The notes under the pieces: generated by a model
What the model saw: only the letters and a program-made list of their open reading frames with translations
Databases searched by the model: none
What the model was told of the DNA's origin: nothing
Shown here: piece after piece, positions 48,860 through 58,756 of the stretch
Numbering within the stretch: position 1 is the stretch's first letter
How the letters are laid out: every line of letters starts with the position of its first letter
IMG/VR virus record: IMGVR_UViG_3300027963_000039
DNA length: 64,000 bases
Direction: 5' to 3' (one strand)
From: a virus
Position numbers and translations under genes: made by a program

Positions 48860-49195
48860 ATGGCAGCAGGATACCAAGACATTTATTTAGAACAGGGTGT
48901 TACATACACCAACCAAATCACGCTTGATGATTCTACAGGTGAGCCATATAATTTAACTGGATTTACCGTCAAAAGTCAAGCCAAAAAATCTTATTACTCA
49001 ACAAATCCAACCATCACGTTTAATGCAATAATTTACGATGCAAACAATGGCGTAATACAGTTGAGTGCAAATTCTGCTGTAACTGCAAATGTGGCTCCCG
49101 GTAAATTGGTATATGATATTATTATCATGGGATCCAATAATGTAACCCGTGTACTTGAAGGACAAATATTTGTATCTCCAGCCGTAACTAAGTAG
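48860..49195 (+). CDS. small virion structural protein (Ig-like/BppU-like)
   Basis: LEQG, YNLTG, YDI, TRVLEG...V.P.VT. Confidence 0.65.
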   Translation: MAAGYQDIYLEQGVTYTNQITLDDSTGEPYNLTGFTVKSQAKKSYYSTNPTITFNAIIYDANNGVIQLSANSAVTANVAPGKLVYDIIIMGSNNVTRVLEGQIFVSPAVTK

Positions 49196-49203
49196 GGCAA
49201 AAG

Positions 49204-49563
49204 ATGCCAAATGTTAGAGTCAATCCCATACAAAGCATAAATGTAAGGATAAATCAACGAAATCAACCCGTTGTTTCTACTACCTCCACATTTAATGGCC
49301 AAGTTGAAGTACAAGAAAAAGTTGACTTTGCTTTATCGCAAGCCAATAGTGCTTTAATTCTTGCCAACACAGCTTATTATCTCGCCAACACAGCCACACA
49401 AGACATCTCTTACATAAAAGGTGTCGATGCATGGCAGAATACACAGATTTCATATGTGAACGTTTTTGCTCAGTCGGCTTATAACCAAGCAAATGCATCA
49501 TATAATTTTGCAAATACAATATATACTGATCTTTCCGTAATTGACGGAGGCTTTTTTTACTAA
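49204..49563 (+). CDS. small fibre-associated protein ending IDGGFF
   Basis: shares the AYNQAN module with the fibres. Confidence 0.6.
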   Translation: MPNVRVNPIQSINVRINQRNQPVVSTTSTFNGQVEVQEKVDFALSQANSALILANTAYYLANTATQDISYIKGVDAWQNTQISYVNVFAQSAYNQANASYNFANTIYTDLSVIDGGFFY

Positions 49564-49706
49564 ATAATGGTGTTACGTAAAAAGTAACACCAACAACATT
49601 GATTTATGAAGTTATTATTACATAGAAGTGGGGTTCGCCGACATTCATAATCACGGAGTTAATTTTCACCTTTGTAAGTTCAACAAAATAATAACCAAAC
49701 AAAAAA

Positions 49707-49931
49707 ATGAAAAGAAATAGAATAAATCAACAAAGACTGCCCTTTTCAACTGCCGGTTCTCATACCGGTAATCCCACCATCTCTAGTACTTTTTATGGTG
49801 CATATGGTTCTGCAAACAACCAAATACGTTCTGCATATGACCAAGCCAATACGGCTACAGGCATTGCAAATACAGCAAACACACTTGCAACCGATCTATC
49901 GATAACTCTAGACGGTGGTTTTTTTAACTGA
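49707..49931 (+). CDS. short paralog of 49204-49563 ending LDGGFF
   Basis: RINQ...STF.G...SAYDQAN...TDLS..DGGFF shared. Confidence 0.5.
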   Translation: MKRNRINQQRLPFSTAGSHTGNPTISSTFYGAYGSANNQIRSAYDQANTATGIANTANTLATDLSITLDGGFFN

Positions 49932-49946
49932 TAACATTGGTTTCTT

Positions 49947-49954
49947 TATAAATA
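49947..49954 (+). promoter_or_regulatory. T4-type late promoter
   Basis: TATAAATA in the intergenic gap before 50067. Confidence 0.65.
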
Positions 49955-50066
49955 ATGTGGATGTGAAATAATTAATTTTCGTAATTAATTTTAATTTAAG
50001 ATTAAGCCTGATTGACATTTGTAATGGAATTTTTAACAAAAAAACAAATCAAAACAAGGAAATAAA

Positions 50067-51938
50067 ATGGCCATTTCAAATACTAACATTCTGATTAAAC
50101 GTTCAGGTGTCGGTGGAACAGGACGTCCAAGTTCGCTACTATCTGGTGAATTAGCGTATTCATACGCATCAAATACAATCTTTATCGGTTCTCCAACTGG
50201 TAATGGTGTTGTTAATGTTGGCGGTCAATTCTACACTTCACAGATCGATTCTGCAACTACATCAAATACCGCAAGCACCCTTGTAAAACGTGATGCTGAC
50301 GGTAAATTTGCTGGTCGTTTGACTGGTATTGCAGACAAAGCCGATCAATTAACAAATTCACGTAACTTCTCCGTTTCTGGTAGTGACATCACCGCAGCTA
50401 ACGTTTCTTTTGATGGTACTGGTTCAGTTACATTAAATGCTTCTTTAAATGCTGTTCCTGGTCTATCTGCTGGTGCATACGGTTCTACAACAGCCATTCC
50501 TGTTGTTACTGTTGGTGCAAACGGTCGTGTTCTTGCAATTTCAACATCAACTATTGCAACACAATTTGATATTAATGATGGCACAAACAGCAATACGATT
50601 AACGGTGGTTCAACATTCTACCATCTTGGTACAAAAGGTATCACAACAACGGTATCAGCCAATACTGTAACGATATCTACAGATAACACAATCGTTCGTT
50701 CTAATACAACATCCGTTGGTCCACAGACCATCGGTACAGACTTGAATATTTCTGGTAACTTAACTGTTACAGGTACAACAACATACGTTAATACAGCCGT
50801 TGTACAAACAAACGATTCATTAATTCAACTTGCTGCAAACAATACTGTAGGCGATGTAATTGATATCGGTTTCGTTGGTACATACAACAACGGTGCAAAC
50901 GTAGCAACCGGTCTTGTTCGTGATGCTGGTAACAAAGCGTACTACTTGTTCAAAGATGTTGAGGCTAGTTCTATTACATCTGCAAATACGATTGCAAATA
51001 ACCTGTTCACACAGGCAAATACTGCAACTCTGTATGCTAACTTAAATGCTTTCTCAGGCACAATTGGTACTTTAACATTAACCAACGCATTAACTGTACC
51101 TAACGGTGGTACAGGTCAAACTTCGTTTAATACTGGCCAGATGATTGTTGGTTCAGGCACGAACGGTCTTGCACAAATTGCTAACGTATCGACCGCAATC
51201 AGTCAGAGTTTTGGTTCTGCATCAGTTGTTCCAGTATTCACAACAGACGCTTATGGTCGTGTTGCTTCTGTATCTAACACATCAATCGCAATTGCTGCTT
51301 CACAAGTTACTTCTGGCCAGTTAGCGATTGCTCAAGGCGGTACAAACTCTGGTTCATATGCACAGAACGGTTTACTATACTATAACGGTACTTCTTTTGC
51401 AACATCTGCTAACCAAACTGCTTACACCACACAAGGTGGTGCAAGTTATGTTCCAGTAATTTCTACCAACACTCTTGGTCAAGTTACTGCAATTTCTAAC
51501 ACACAGATTGCAATTGACGTAAGCAACATCACTTCTGGTACATTGGGTTACAGCAGAGGCGGTACAGGTTCTACATCATACACAACAGGTGCATTGCTTG
51601 TTGCTGGCGTTACTGGTCTAGAGTCTGTTGCTAATACAACATACGTATTGACTGGCGCACTAGCATCTAACAATACAATCACTTCATTGACTGTTGATGC
51701 ATATGGCCGTGTAACTGCTGCAACTGGTGCTGCAATTTCTGGTCTAACCGTTGCTCAAGGCGGTACAGGACTAGCAACTGTAACAACAAACGGTATCACA
51801 TATGGTAACGGTACTGCTGCGATGGGTGTAACTGCTGCTGCAGGATCTTCCGATCAGACATGGTCTAATCAGATTCTTACAGTAACAGCTGCTGGTGTTC
51901 CAGTATGGTCATCAGCAATGGACGGTGGAACATTCTAA
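50067..51938 (+). CDS. tail fibre protein
   Basis: ILIKRS...GELAYS N-terminus; repeated TVDAYGRVT and GGTG units; ends DGGTF. Confidence 0.75.
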   Translation: MAISNTNILIKRSGVGGTGRPSSLLSGELAYSYASNTIFIGSPTGNGVVNVGGQFYTSQIDSATTSNTASTLVKRDADGKFAGRLTGIADKADQLTNSRNFSVSGSDITAANVSFDGTGSVTLNASLNAVPGLSAGAYGSTTAIPVVTVGANGRVLAISTSTIATQFDINDGTNSNTINGGSTFYHLGTKGITTTVSANTVTISTDNTIVRSNTTSVGPQTIGTDLNISGNLTVTGTTTYVNTAVVQTNDSLIQLAANNTVGDVIDIGFVGTYNNGANVATGLVRDAGNKAYYLFKDVEASSITSANTIANNLFTQANTATLYANLNAFSGTIGTLTLTNALTVPNGGTGQTSFNTGQMIVGSGTNGLAQIANVSTAISQSFGSASVVPVFTTDAYGRVASVSNTSIAIAASQVTSGQLAIAQGGTNSGSYAQNGLLYYNGTSFATSANQTAYTTQGGASYVPVISTNTLGQVTAISNTQIAIDVSNITSGTLGYSRGGTGSTSYTTGALLVAGVTGLESVANTTYVLTGALASNNTITSLTVDAYGRVTAATGAAISGLTVAQGGTGLATVTTNGITYGNGTAAMGVTAAAGSSDQTWSNQILTVTAAGVPVWSSAMDGGTF

Positions 51939-51973
51939 ATACTTCGTAATTACTTTATAATAGGGAGACCAAG

Positions 51974-52747
51974 ATGAGCAATGATAGCTATATTAATCAT
52001 TATGTTGAAATTTTAACCAGTACGATGACGGATGCTGTAATTAGAAATGTTTCTTTACAGGCAAACGCAAGAATTAGTGATGAAGTTATTGCTGGATTGA
52101 ATAAAAAAGTTGAAGAATCATTTGCTCAGATTGGAAAATATGAGGAAAAGTCAAGCGGTGAAATTAATAATCTAAAATCATCGCTTGACAACCACCTCAA
52201 TACGATTACAAGATTAAATAATGAAATTCAAGAACAGAAACGTAATCATGTTAATGAAATTAAAGATTATAAACTTAAATCTACTAATCAAATTGATAAG
52301 TTAAATATATTAATTGAGGAACAAGCGAATACCATTTCTTCATTAGAAGAAACAATTTCTAATTTTGATATATCTAAAGAAGAAATTGAAAATTTAAATT
52401 CTTATAAAGAAGAATTAAATAAATTAAAAGAAGAAAACGGTAAATTCAATGAATCATATGAATCAAAAATTACTGAAGCAAATAGTGGATATGATTCTAA
52501 AGTTGCAGAAATGCAAAGTGAATATGAATCTAAAGTTGCAGAAGTTAATAATCAATATGAATCCAAAATTAAAGAATTGACAGAAGCAAATAGTGGATAT
52601 GAATCTAAAGTTGCAGAACTTAACCGTGAATATACCAATTTGAAAACGCAAGTACAAACTGTATTGAATAGAACTCGAACGGATTATGAATCTAGGATTT
52701 CACAATTGAATGAAAAAATCAAATCGTTAGAATCTTCCTCTCTTTGA
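51974..52747 (+). CDS. coiled-coil protein with 11-residue YESK(I/V)xE repeats
   Basis: repeated TATGAATCTAAAGTTGCAGAA-like units at 52457-52620. Confidence 0.7.
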   Translation: MSNDSYINHYVEILTSTMTDAVIRNVSLQANARISDEVIAGLNKKVEESFAQIGKYEEKSSGEINNLKSSLDNHLNTITRLNNEIQEQKRNHVNEIKDYKLKSTNQIDKLNILIEEQANTISSLEETISNFDISKEEIENLNSYKEELNKLKEENGKFNESYESKITEANSGYDSKVAEMQSEYESKVAEVNNQYESKIKELTEANSGYESKVAELNREYTNLKTQVQTVLNRTRTDYESRISQLNEKIKSLESSSL

Positions 52748-52815
52748 TAAAATTGACGAATAGTGTTCCGAATAAAGATGGTGTAAAAACTTAACTTAAA
52801 TCTTTAGAAAAAAAA

Positions 52816-53697
52816 ATGTCAACACCTATATCAAACACCAGAATACAACTTAAAAAATCCGGCGTATCGGGTAATACACCAACATCATTAAACTTTGGAG
52901 AGTTGGCGTTAAACTACGCCGATGGAAAGTTATATTATAAAGATGATACTGGTACCATCCGTTACATTAAAAATTCAAATTCTTTTGCTACAGTAAACGC
53001 AAATGCCTCTTTGGTATTAGCTCAGTCAAATAGTGATACATTGACTTTAACTGCGGCAAATGGTATTGGTATCACAGCCAACACCATAACAAAAACGATT
53101 ACGATTGATGATCGTGTTACACAAGACTTAGTTAATCATGTAAATGCATATGCGGCTTCTGCTTACAATAAAGCAAATACTGCGGCTTTACAAATTACTC
53201 CTGTTGGAGAAACAGACAATAATGCTAACAATGTTTTCTATGTTGTTCTTAATGACATCAATAGTGGTCCTGCAAACACATTATTTGCAACAGCTAATAA
53301 TGCTTCAAACAACACTTTAACATTTGTACCTTCTGCTGGAAAGATGGGCGTGAAGTCTATTGGTTTGGCTTCAAATACAATCATTTCTTCAAATAGTGTA
53401 TTTGTTGCAAATTCTAATTCTAGAATAATTGATTCTTTTTCTACAACAGAATACAAAGGTGCTTTCTATCAAGTGCAAATGTCTAGTCCAGATTATTTTC
53501 ACTCATTGAATCTTACCGTGATACATGATGGACTTTTTCCAACCATAACAACTTTTGGTGAAGTTTATACAGGTAGTTTAGGATCATTTTCCGCAGATAT
53601 ATTTGGATCAAATCTAGATGTAATTTTTACTCCTAGAGGAGATTTACCTACAGCGAATCTTGCTACAATTGTATTCATCAAAAATGCGATTAGGTAA
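52816..53697 (+). CDS. tail fibre-like protein, paralog A
   Basis: IQLKKSG..GNTP..LNFGELALNYADGKLYYK. Confidence 0.7.
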   Translation: MSTPISNTRIQLKKSGVSGNTPTSLNFGELALNYADGKLYYKDDTGTIRYIKNSNSFATVNANASLVLAQSNSDTLTLTAANGIGITANTITKTITIDDRVTQDLVNHVNAYAASAYNKANTAALQITPVGETDNNANNVFYVVLNDINSGPANTLFATANNASNNTLTFVPSAGKMGVKSIGLASNTIISSNSVFVANSNSRIIDSFSTTEYKGAFYQVQMSSPDYFHSLNLTVIHDGLFPTITTFGEVYTGSLGSFSADIFGSNLDVIFTPRGDLPTANLATIVFIKNAIR

Positions 53698-53702
53698 GAA
53701 AA

Positions 53703-54680
53703 ATGTCTACCGCAAACACCACAATACAACTTAAAAAATCCGGCGCTTCAGGAAACACTCCATCGAATTTGAATTTTGGAGAGTTGGCGTTAAACTACGC
53801 CGATGGAAAGTTATATTATAAAGATGATTCTGGAAATACCAGTTTCATTAAAAATTCAAATTCTTTTTCTACTATTGTTGCCAACTCTTATTCTTTAGTT
53901 GCCAACACGAATTCTGATGTACTGAATTTAGAATCTGCAAATGGTTCGTATGGTATTAACATACTCGCCAATACGCAATCAAAAACCATTAGAATTGATG
54001 ATTCGGATACACAAACGTTAATTGGTGATGTAAATACGTTGGTTAGTTCTGCTTACAATAAAGCAAACAACTTAGCTATACACATCGATTCGATTGGAGA
54101 AGTTTCTAATACTTATTATATTAATTTTGCGGATCATAATAACAATTCGTCAAATATCTTATATACTACCGCAAATAACACTCTGACTTTTAAACCTTCT
54201 GAAGGAAAATTAGGTGTAAGGTCTATTGACTTGACATCAAATACAAATATAGTTGCTAAAACTGTAGTTGTACCAAACATTAATCCAATTGTAGTAGATT
54301 CATTCTCAATTAATGAATTTAGAAGTGCTTTTTATCAAATACAAATATCAAGACCAACCTCTTTTCATTATCATTCATTAAATTTTAACGTTGTACATGA
54401 TGGATATTTTCCAATCACATCAACTTTCGGTGAAGTGTATACGGGTAGTTTAGGTTCATTCTATGCAAGTATATTTGGATCAACATTAGAAGTAACTTTT
54501 TATCCTAGTGTGGGTGCTGCAACTGTTGTTTTCACTAGATATGCAGTTGATACAAGTCCTATACAAGGAACTCCAGAAGATTCTATGGGTTCGGTTGGTG
54601 ATCCTCCTACATCAAGATACAATTCGGGATCTGTTACAGAATTGCCAACATTGATTTTGGATTACGGCACAGTAAATTAA
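53703..54680 (+). CDS. tail fibre-like protein, paralog B
   Basis: collinear paralog of 52816-53697 with an extra LDYG tail. Confidence 0.7.
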   Translation: MSTANTTIQLKKSGASGNTPSNLNFGELALNYADGKLYYKDDSGNTSFIKNSNSFSTIVANSYSLVANTNSDVLNLESANGSYGINILANTQSKTIRIDDSDTQTLIGDVNTLVSSAYNKANNLAIHIDSIGEVSNTYYINFADHNNNSSNILYTTANNTLTFKPSEGKLGVRSIDLTSNTNIVAKTVVVPNINPIVVDSFSINEFRSAFYQIQISRPTSFHYHSLNFNVVHDGYFPITSTFGEVYTGSLGSFYASIFGSTLEVTFYPSVGAATVVFTRYAVDTSPIQGTPEDSMGSVGDPPTSRYNSGSVTELPTLILDYGTVN

Positions 54681-54714
54681 CAAGAATAAATAAATCAAAC
54701 TTTAGGGATAAACC

Positions 54715-56508
54715 ATGGCTACACAACTACAATTAAGACGAGGTAATACGGTAGAAACTTTAGCGTTTACCGGCGCTATTGCTGAAGTTACCGTAGATAC
54801 GGCACAAAACACGTTAACTGTACATAATGGTGTAACACCTGGCGGCATCTATTTGGTCAACAAAGGTCAATTTGAAGCAAACGTTACAAATTTGCAAACT
54901 TTTGCACAAGCAGCTTACAACGCAGCGAATACTGCTGGTGGTGATACTGCTTCCGCAAATACTATTATAATTCAAGGTGTTGATCTTACTCAAAACACCA
55001 ATATTACCGCTGTAAATACGTATGCTGGTTCTGCTTATGCTGCAGCTAATTTGGCATTAGGTATTGATGCAACACAGAATACCAATATTACTGCTGTAAA
55101 CACTTATGCCGGTTCTGCTTATGCTGCAGCTAATTTGGCATTAGGTATTGATGCAACACAGAATACCAATATTACTGCTGTTAATACATATGCTGGAAGT
55201 GCTTATGCTGCAGCTAATTTGGCATTAGGTATTGATGCAACTCAAAACACCAACATCACAGCAGTTAATACATATGCGGCATCAGCTTACGGTGTAGCCA
55301 ATACTGCTACATCCAATATCACGGTAATTCAAGGTGTAGATAATACACAGAATACTAATATTACCGCTGTAAATACGTATGCTGGTTCTGCTTATGCTGC
55401 AGCTAATTTGGCATTAGGTATTGATGCAACTCAAAACACCAACATCACAGCAGTTAATACATATGCGGGTTCTGCATATAACAAAGCAAACAATGCACTT
55501 CCTTTAACTGGTGGTTCAATATCAGGCAGTATAGCAGTATCACAGGACTTAACTGTTTCTGGTAACTTAGTTATTCTTGGAAATACAACCACAATCAACA
55601 CATCATCATTTATTGTTACAGACTCCTTGATTCTTTTAGGTGAAGGTAATTACACATCTGATGTATTGGATATTGGTTTTTCTGGTCACTACAACGATGG
55701 CACTAATGCTCACGCTGGTTTGATCCGTGATGCTGGAACAAAAGAATGGTATTTGTTTAAAGGTTATACACCAGAAGTTGATGCAAATAATAATGTTGAT
55801 CTCAACCACGCATCATTCAGAAAAGCAAACTTACAATCAGACTATGTTAAATCAAATCTAATTGCAACAACAGCTGTAGTAAATGGATTAGATATTTTCA
55901 ATTACGTTACTTCTGCTTACGCAGCTGGTAATACCAATGCAACTAATATTACTGCTGTAAACACATATGCTGCTGGTGCTTACGGTGTAGCTAATACTGC
56001 TACATCCAATATTACGGTAATTCAAGGTGTAGATAATACTCAAAACACCAATATAACAACAGCGAATAATGCCGCATGGGCTGCTTACGCTGCTGGTAAT
56101 ACTAATGCAACAAACATCACAGCGGTCAATACGTATGCTGGAAGTGCTTATGGTGTTGCCAATACTGCTACAAACACATTAGGTTACACATATGTAACTG
56201 CTGGTGGTTATGGTAGTGCAACTGCTGTACCTGCAATCACATTGGCTGCAAACGGTAGAGTTGTTGCTGTAACAAGCACAAATATACAATCCGGTACCAC
56301 TGGCCAAGTTGGTTTGGTACAATTAACTGATTCTGTTACTTCTACTAGCACAACAACTGCTGGCACACCAAACTCTGTTAAAATTGCATATGACAGAGCT
56401 GAAGCGGCTTTCACAGCTGCAAATTCTGCATCTGCCAATGCTTCATCAAGTTCTGGTGCAAGCTTGGCACAAGTGATGTTCTGGAGCGGTTTAGTGTCCG
56501 GTTCTTAA
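54715..56508 (+). CDS. tail fibre with Mtd/hyaluronidase-like N-terminus and 28-aa repeats
   Basis: QLQLRRG...FTGA.AEVTVDT...VHNG.TPGG; GLVQL..S..S...A.TP.SVK collar motif. Confidence 0.75.
   Translation: MATQLQLRRGNTVETLAFTGAIAEVTVDTAQNTLTVHNGVTPGGIYLVNKGQFEANVTNLQTFAQAAYNAANTAGGDTASANTIIIQGVDLTQNTNITAVNTYAGSAYAAANLALGIDATQNTNITAVNTYAGSAYAAANLALGIDATQNTNITAVNTYAGSAYAAANLALGIDATQNTNITAVNTYAASAYGVANTATSNITVIQGVDNTQNTNITAVNTYAGSAYAAANLALGIDATQNTNITAVNTYAGSAYNKANNALPLTGGSISGSIAVSQDLTVSGNLVILGNTTTINTSSFIVTDSLILLGEGNYTSDVLDIGFSGHYNDGTNAHAGLIRDAGTKEWYLFKGYTPEVDANNNVDLNHASFRKANLQSDYVKSNLIATTAVVNGLDIFNYVTSAYAAGNTNATNITAVNTYAAGAYGVANTATSNITVIQGVDNTQNTNITTANNAAWAAYAAGNTNATNITAVNTYAGSAYGVANTATNTLGYTYVTAGGYGSATAVPAITLAANGRVVAVTSTNIQSGTTGQVGLVQLTDSVTSTSTTTAGTPNSVKIAYDRAEAAFTAANSASANASSSSGASLAQVMFWSGLVSGS
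54975..55490 (+). repeat. 84-nt coding tandem repeat (IDATQNTNITAVNTYAGSAYAAANLALG)
   Basis: ATTGATGCAAC recurs at 55063, 55147 and 55231; related copies at 55912-56175. Confidence 0.9.
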
Positions 56509-56519
56509 TATAAAAAATA

Positions 56520-56527
56520 TATAAATA
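56520..56527 (+). promoter_or_regulatory. T4-type late promoter
   Basis: TATAAATA before 56564. Confidence 0.7.
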
Positions 56528-56563
56528 ATACTAGACGAGTTCAAATTAACAAGGAGAGCGAAG

Positions 56564-56767
56564 ATGTCTATCAAAATTCAAGGAACGGATGTTATTGACG
56601 ATAGTAAAAATGTCGTCAATATTATCAACGTAACTGCTTCTACAAATGTGGAAGCAGGTTCTTATGTCACAGCAGCATACTTCAAAGGTGACGGAAGTCA
56701 ACTAACGAACGCTGGTGCTTCGATAGACAAAGCCTTCTTCTTAAGCAATCTTTTATCTGGCGGATAA
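56564..56767 (+). CDS. short fibre adaptor-like protein
   Basis: MSIKIQGTDVIDDSKN, FKGDGSQLTN; AAGGAG SD. Confidence 0.65.
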   Translation: MSIKIQGTDVIDDSKNVVNIINVTASTNVEAGSYVTAAYFKGDGSQLTNAGASIDKAFFLSNLLSGG

Positions 56768-56810
56768 TATCTCACAAAACTATTTTAATCAATACACTAG
56801 GAGCAATTAA

Positions 56811-57149
56811 ATGGCCTCAGGTTTAATTCAAAAAACTGCTGTAACCAGTACCACACTTACACCAATTTATTCTGGTGTACCGTCAGGTAAAACTGCAACA
56901 GTTAATATTTTAATTTGTAACACATCAGCAGCCGCAGCATCAATTTCTATTGGTTTAACAAATGCTTCAGCTAATACTTTAGGTACATCAGACTACTTGG
57001 AATATAGAACAATTTTAGCACCAAACGAATCTCTAGAAAGAGGTGGTCTTGTTCTACAATCCGGAGCATACGTTTATGTTTCTGCGGATAGTAATCCATC
57101 GGGAGGTACAATTGCTCTTGGGTGTATTATTACAGGTTTTGAAGTTTAA
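56811..57149 (+). CDS. small virion protein, paralog A
   Basis: YSGVPSGKTATVNILICN...LERGGLVL...GFEV. Confidence 0.7.
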   Translation: MASGLIQKTAVTSTTLTPIYSGVPSGKTATVNILICNTSAAAASISIGLTNASANTLGTSDYLEYRTILAPNESLERGGLVLQSGAYVYVSADSNPSGGTIALGCIITGFEV

Positions 57150-57157
57150 TCTTTCAT

Positions 57158-57165
57158 TATAAATA
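57158..57165 (+). promoter_or_regulatory. T4-type late promoter
   Basis: TATAAATA before 57200. Confidence 0.65.
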
Positions 57166-57199
57166 TATAAAATATAATCAATACATTAGGAGCAATTAA

Positions 57200-57538
57200 A
57201 TGGCAACGGGTATTATTCAACAAACAAACGTAACAAGCACGTCACTTACATCTATCTATAGTGGTGTACCTTCAGGTAAAACCGCTACAATTAACATTTT
57301 AATTTGTAACGCTGCTAGCAATGCTGCAACAATTACTTTAGGTTTAACAACAGGTGCAACAGGTTCTTTATCTGGAAGCCAGTATATCGAATATAAATCA
57401 ATTTTAGCTCCATATGAAGTTATGGAAAGAGGTGGTCTTGTTCTACAAGCTGGCGCTTATGTTTATTTACAAGCCGAAAGCAATCCTATTGGAACAGGTA
57501 TCAATTTAGCAACAACAATAACAGGATATGAGGTATAA
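57200..57538 (+). CDS. small virion protein, paralog B
   Basis: same length (112 aa) and motifs as 56811; duplicated leader AATCAATACA.TAGGAGCAATTAAATGGC. Confidence 0.7.
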   Translation: MATGIIQQTNVTSTSLTSIYSGVPSGKTATINILICNAASNAATITLGLTTGATGSLSGSQYIEYKSILAPYEVMERGGLVLQAGAYVYLQAESNPIGTGINLATTITGYEV

Positions 57539-57541
57539 AAA

Positions 57542-58717
57542 ATGTCCAGATATTTAAAAGAAGTATCGGCTACGGCCTATAGATTTAAGAAATATTTCAT
57601 CGTACCAGGAACCTATTCCGTTTTTATTCCAGCTTCAGTAAAGCAAGTAAAAACAATTGCTTTTGGTGGCGGCGGAAACTCTTGTACAACCACAATTACG
57701 AATTGCCTAAGCCAACTTCAGCAATGTTGTTGCTGTTGCTATGTCAGAGGTCACTTTTCTGGTGCCGGCGGCGGTTTTACAGAAAAAACCTGGTTCGGTG
57801 TGGGTGGTCAATATGCTTGTATAGTTGTTGGTAGTTCGGAAGGAACTTCTTCTATTTGTTTCTGTGGCTTTGGATCAATCTCCGCAACTGGTGGTACAGG
57901 TTCAGGAACATCAACTAGAACAACTACTGGTGGATCAGGTTCCGGTGGTGAGGTTAATAGATGTGGAAGTCCTGGTTATTGCCGTTGTACTAGCGGATTC
58001 TGTAGGTATGATGCAGTTTATTATAATTGCGCCGCCAGTAATCAAACAGAACACAACAAAATGATGTGTTCCCTTCTTTATCAAGAATTAAGGGGTGTAC
58101 ATTTATCCGGAGGTACTCCAGGAAATTCATTATGTAATAGAGCCGCACTAAGTGATGACACCACCAACGTTTACAGCACTTGTTGTGGATGTGTATCATA
58201 CGGTGTCGCCGGCAATGGCGGTGATAGACCAAACAATTATGCTTACCCTGCTAGCTTTGCATGTAACGGTGTTACCCAGCATACAGTACAACGTTGTACA
58301 TACACAACAGTTCCAGGATATTGCTGGGGATTCCCAGCTTGGTATTGTCAGAGTGCGTTTGCTTTAGGTATACAAAACTGTATTGATCCGTTCTATACCT
58401 TTGACTGGGATCCAATAGCGAACTGCTGTTGCACATGTTTAAGAAGTACCTGTACAAGTCCAGGAACATTTTCCACAACAGGCAGCGGTTCTTGTTTCCT
58501 TAATAACTTTGGTGGTTACAACTATTGTTGTGCATACTGTTTCGTTGAAAGAAATAATGAGTCTTGTACACATACTTTCCTAGGTGCTCCAGGTTTTGGT
58601 TGTGCTCCAGGAACAACAGGCGGCGGTGGTGCTGGTATCTGGAACGGTGATGAAACTAGATGTTTATCCGATTATTCTAGATCAGGTGGTGTTGGTCTTG
58701 TAGTTGTTCACTATTAA
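57542..58717 (+). CDS. Gly-rich, extremely Cys-rich tail-tip/adhesin-like protein
   Basis: F..PGTY..IP..V....AFGGGG start and SGGVGLVVVHY end of Gly-rich phage domains; 37 Cys in 391 aa including CCCCC. Confidence 0.7.
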   Translation: MSRYLKEVSATAYRFKKYFIVPGTYSVFIPASVKQVKTIAFGGGGNSCTTTITNCLSQLQQCCCCCYVRGHFSGAGGGFTEKTWFGVGGQYACIVVGSSEGTSSICFCGFGSISATGGTGSGTSTRTTTGGSGSGGEVNRCGSPGYCRCTSGFCRYDAVYYNCAASNQTEHNKMMCSLLYQELRGVHLSGGTPGNSLCNRAALSDDTTNVYSTCCGCVSYGVAGNGGDRPNNYAYPASFACNGVTQHTVQRCTYTTVPGYCWGFPAWYCQSAFALGIQNCIDPFYTFDWDPIANCCCTCLRSTCTSPGTFSTTGSGSCFLNNFGGYNYCCAYCFVERNNESCTHTFLGAPGFGCAPGTTGGGGAGIWNGDETRCLSDYSRSGGVGLVVVHY

Positions 58718-58756
58718 ACGTTTAAATATTTAAATAAGTAATATAGAGGAAAAAAA

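Noticed and set aside
49548-49931. Frameshift at the T-runs ending the two DGGFF genes
   Set aside because: The T-runs encode the FF of the conserved motif and no substantial alternate-frame ORF follows
52816-54680. DGR template/variable repeat pair
   Set aside because: Differences are not adenine-specific, both copies are full ORFs, and no reverse transcriptase is in the window
54975-56175. CRISPR-like array
   Set aside because: Units are in-frame coding repeats with synonymous variation and no unique spacers; no cas genes
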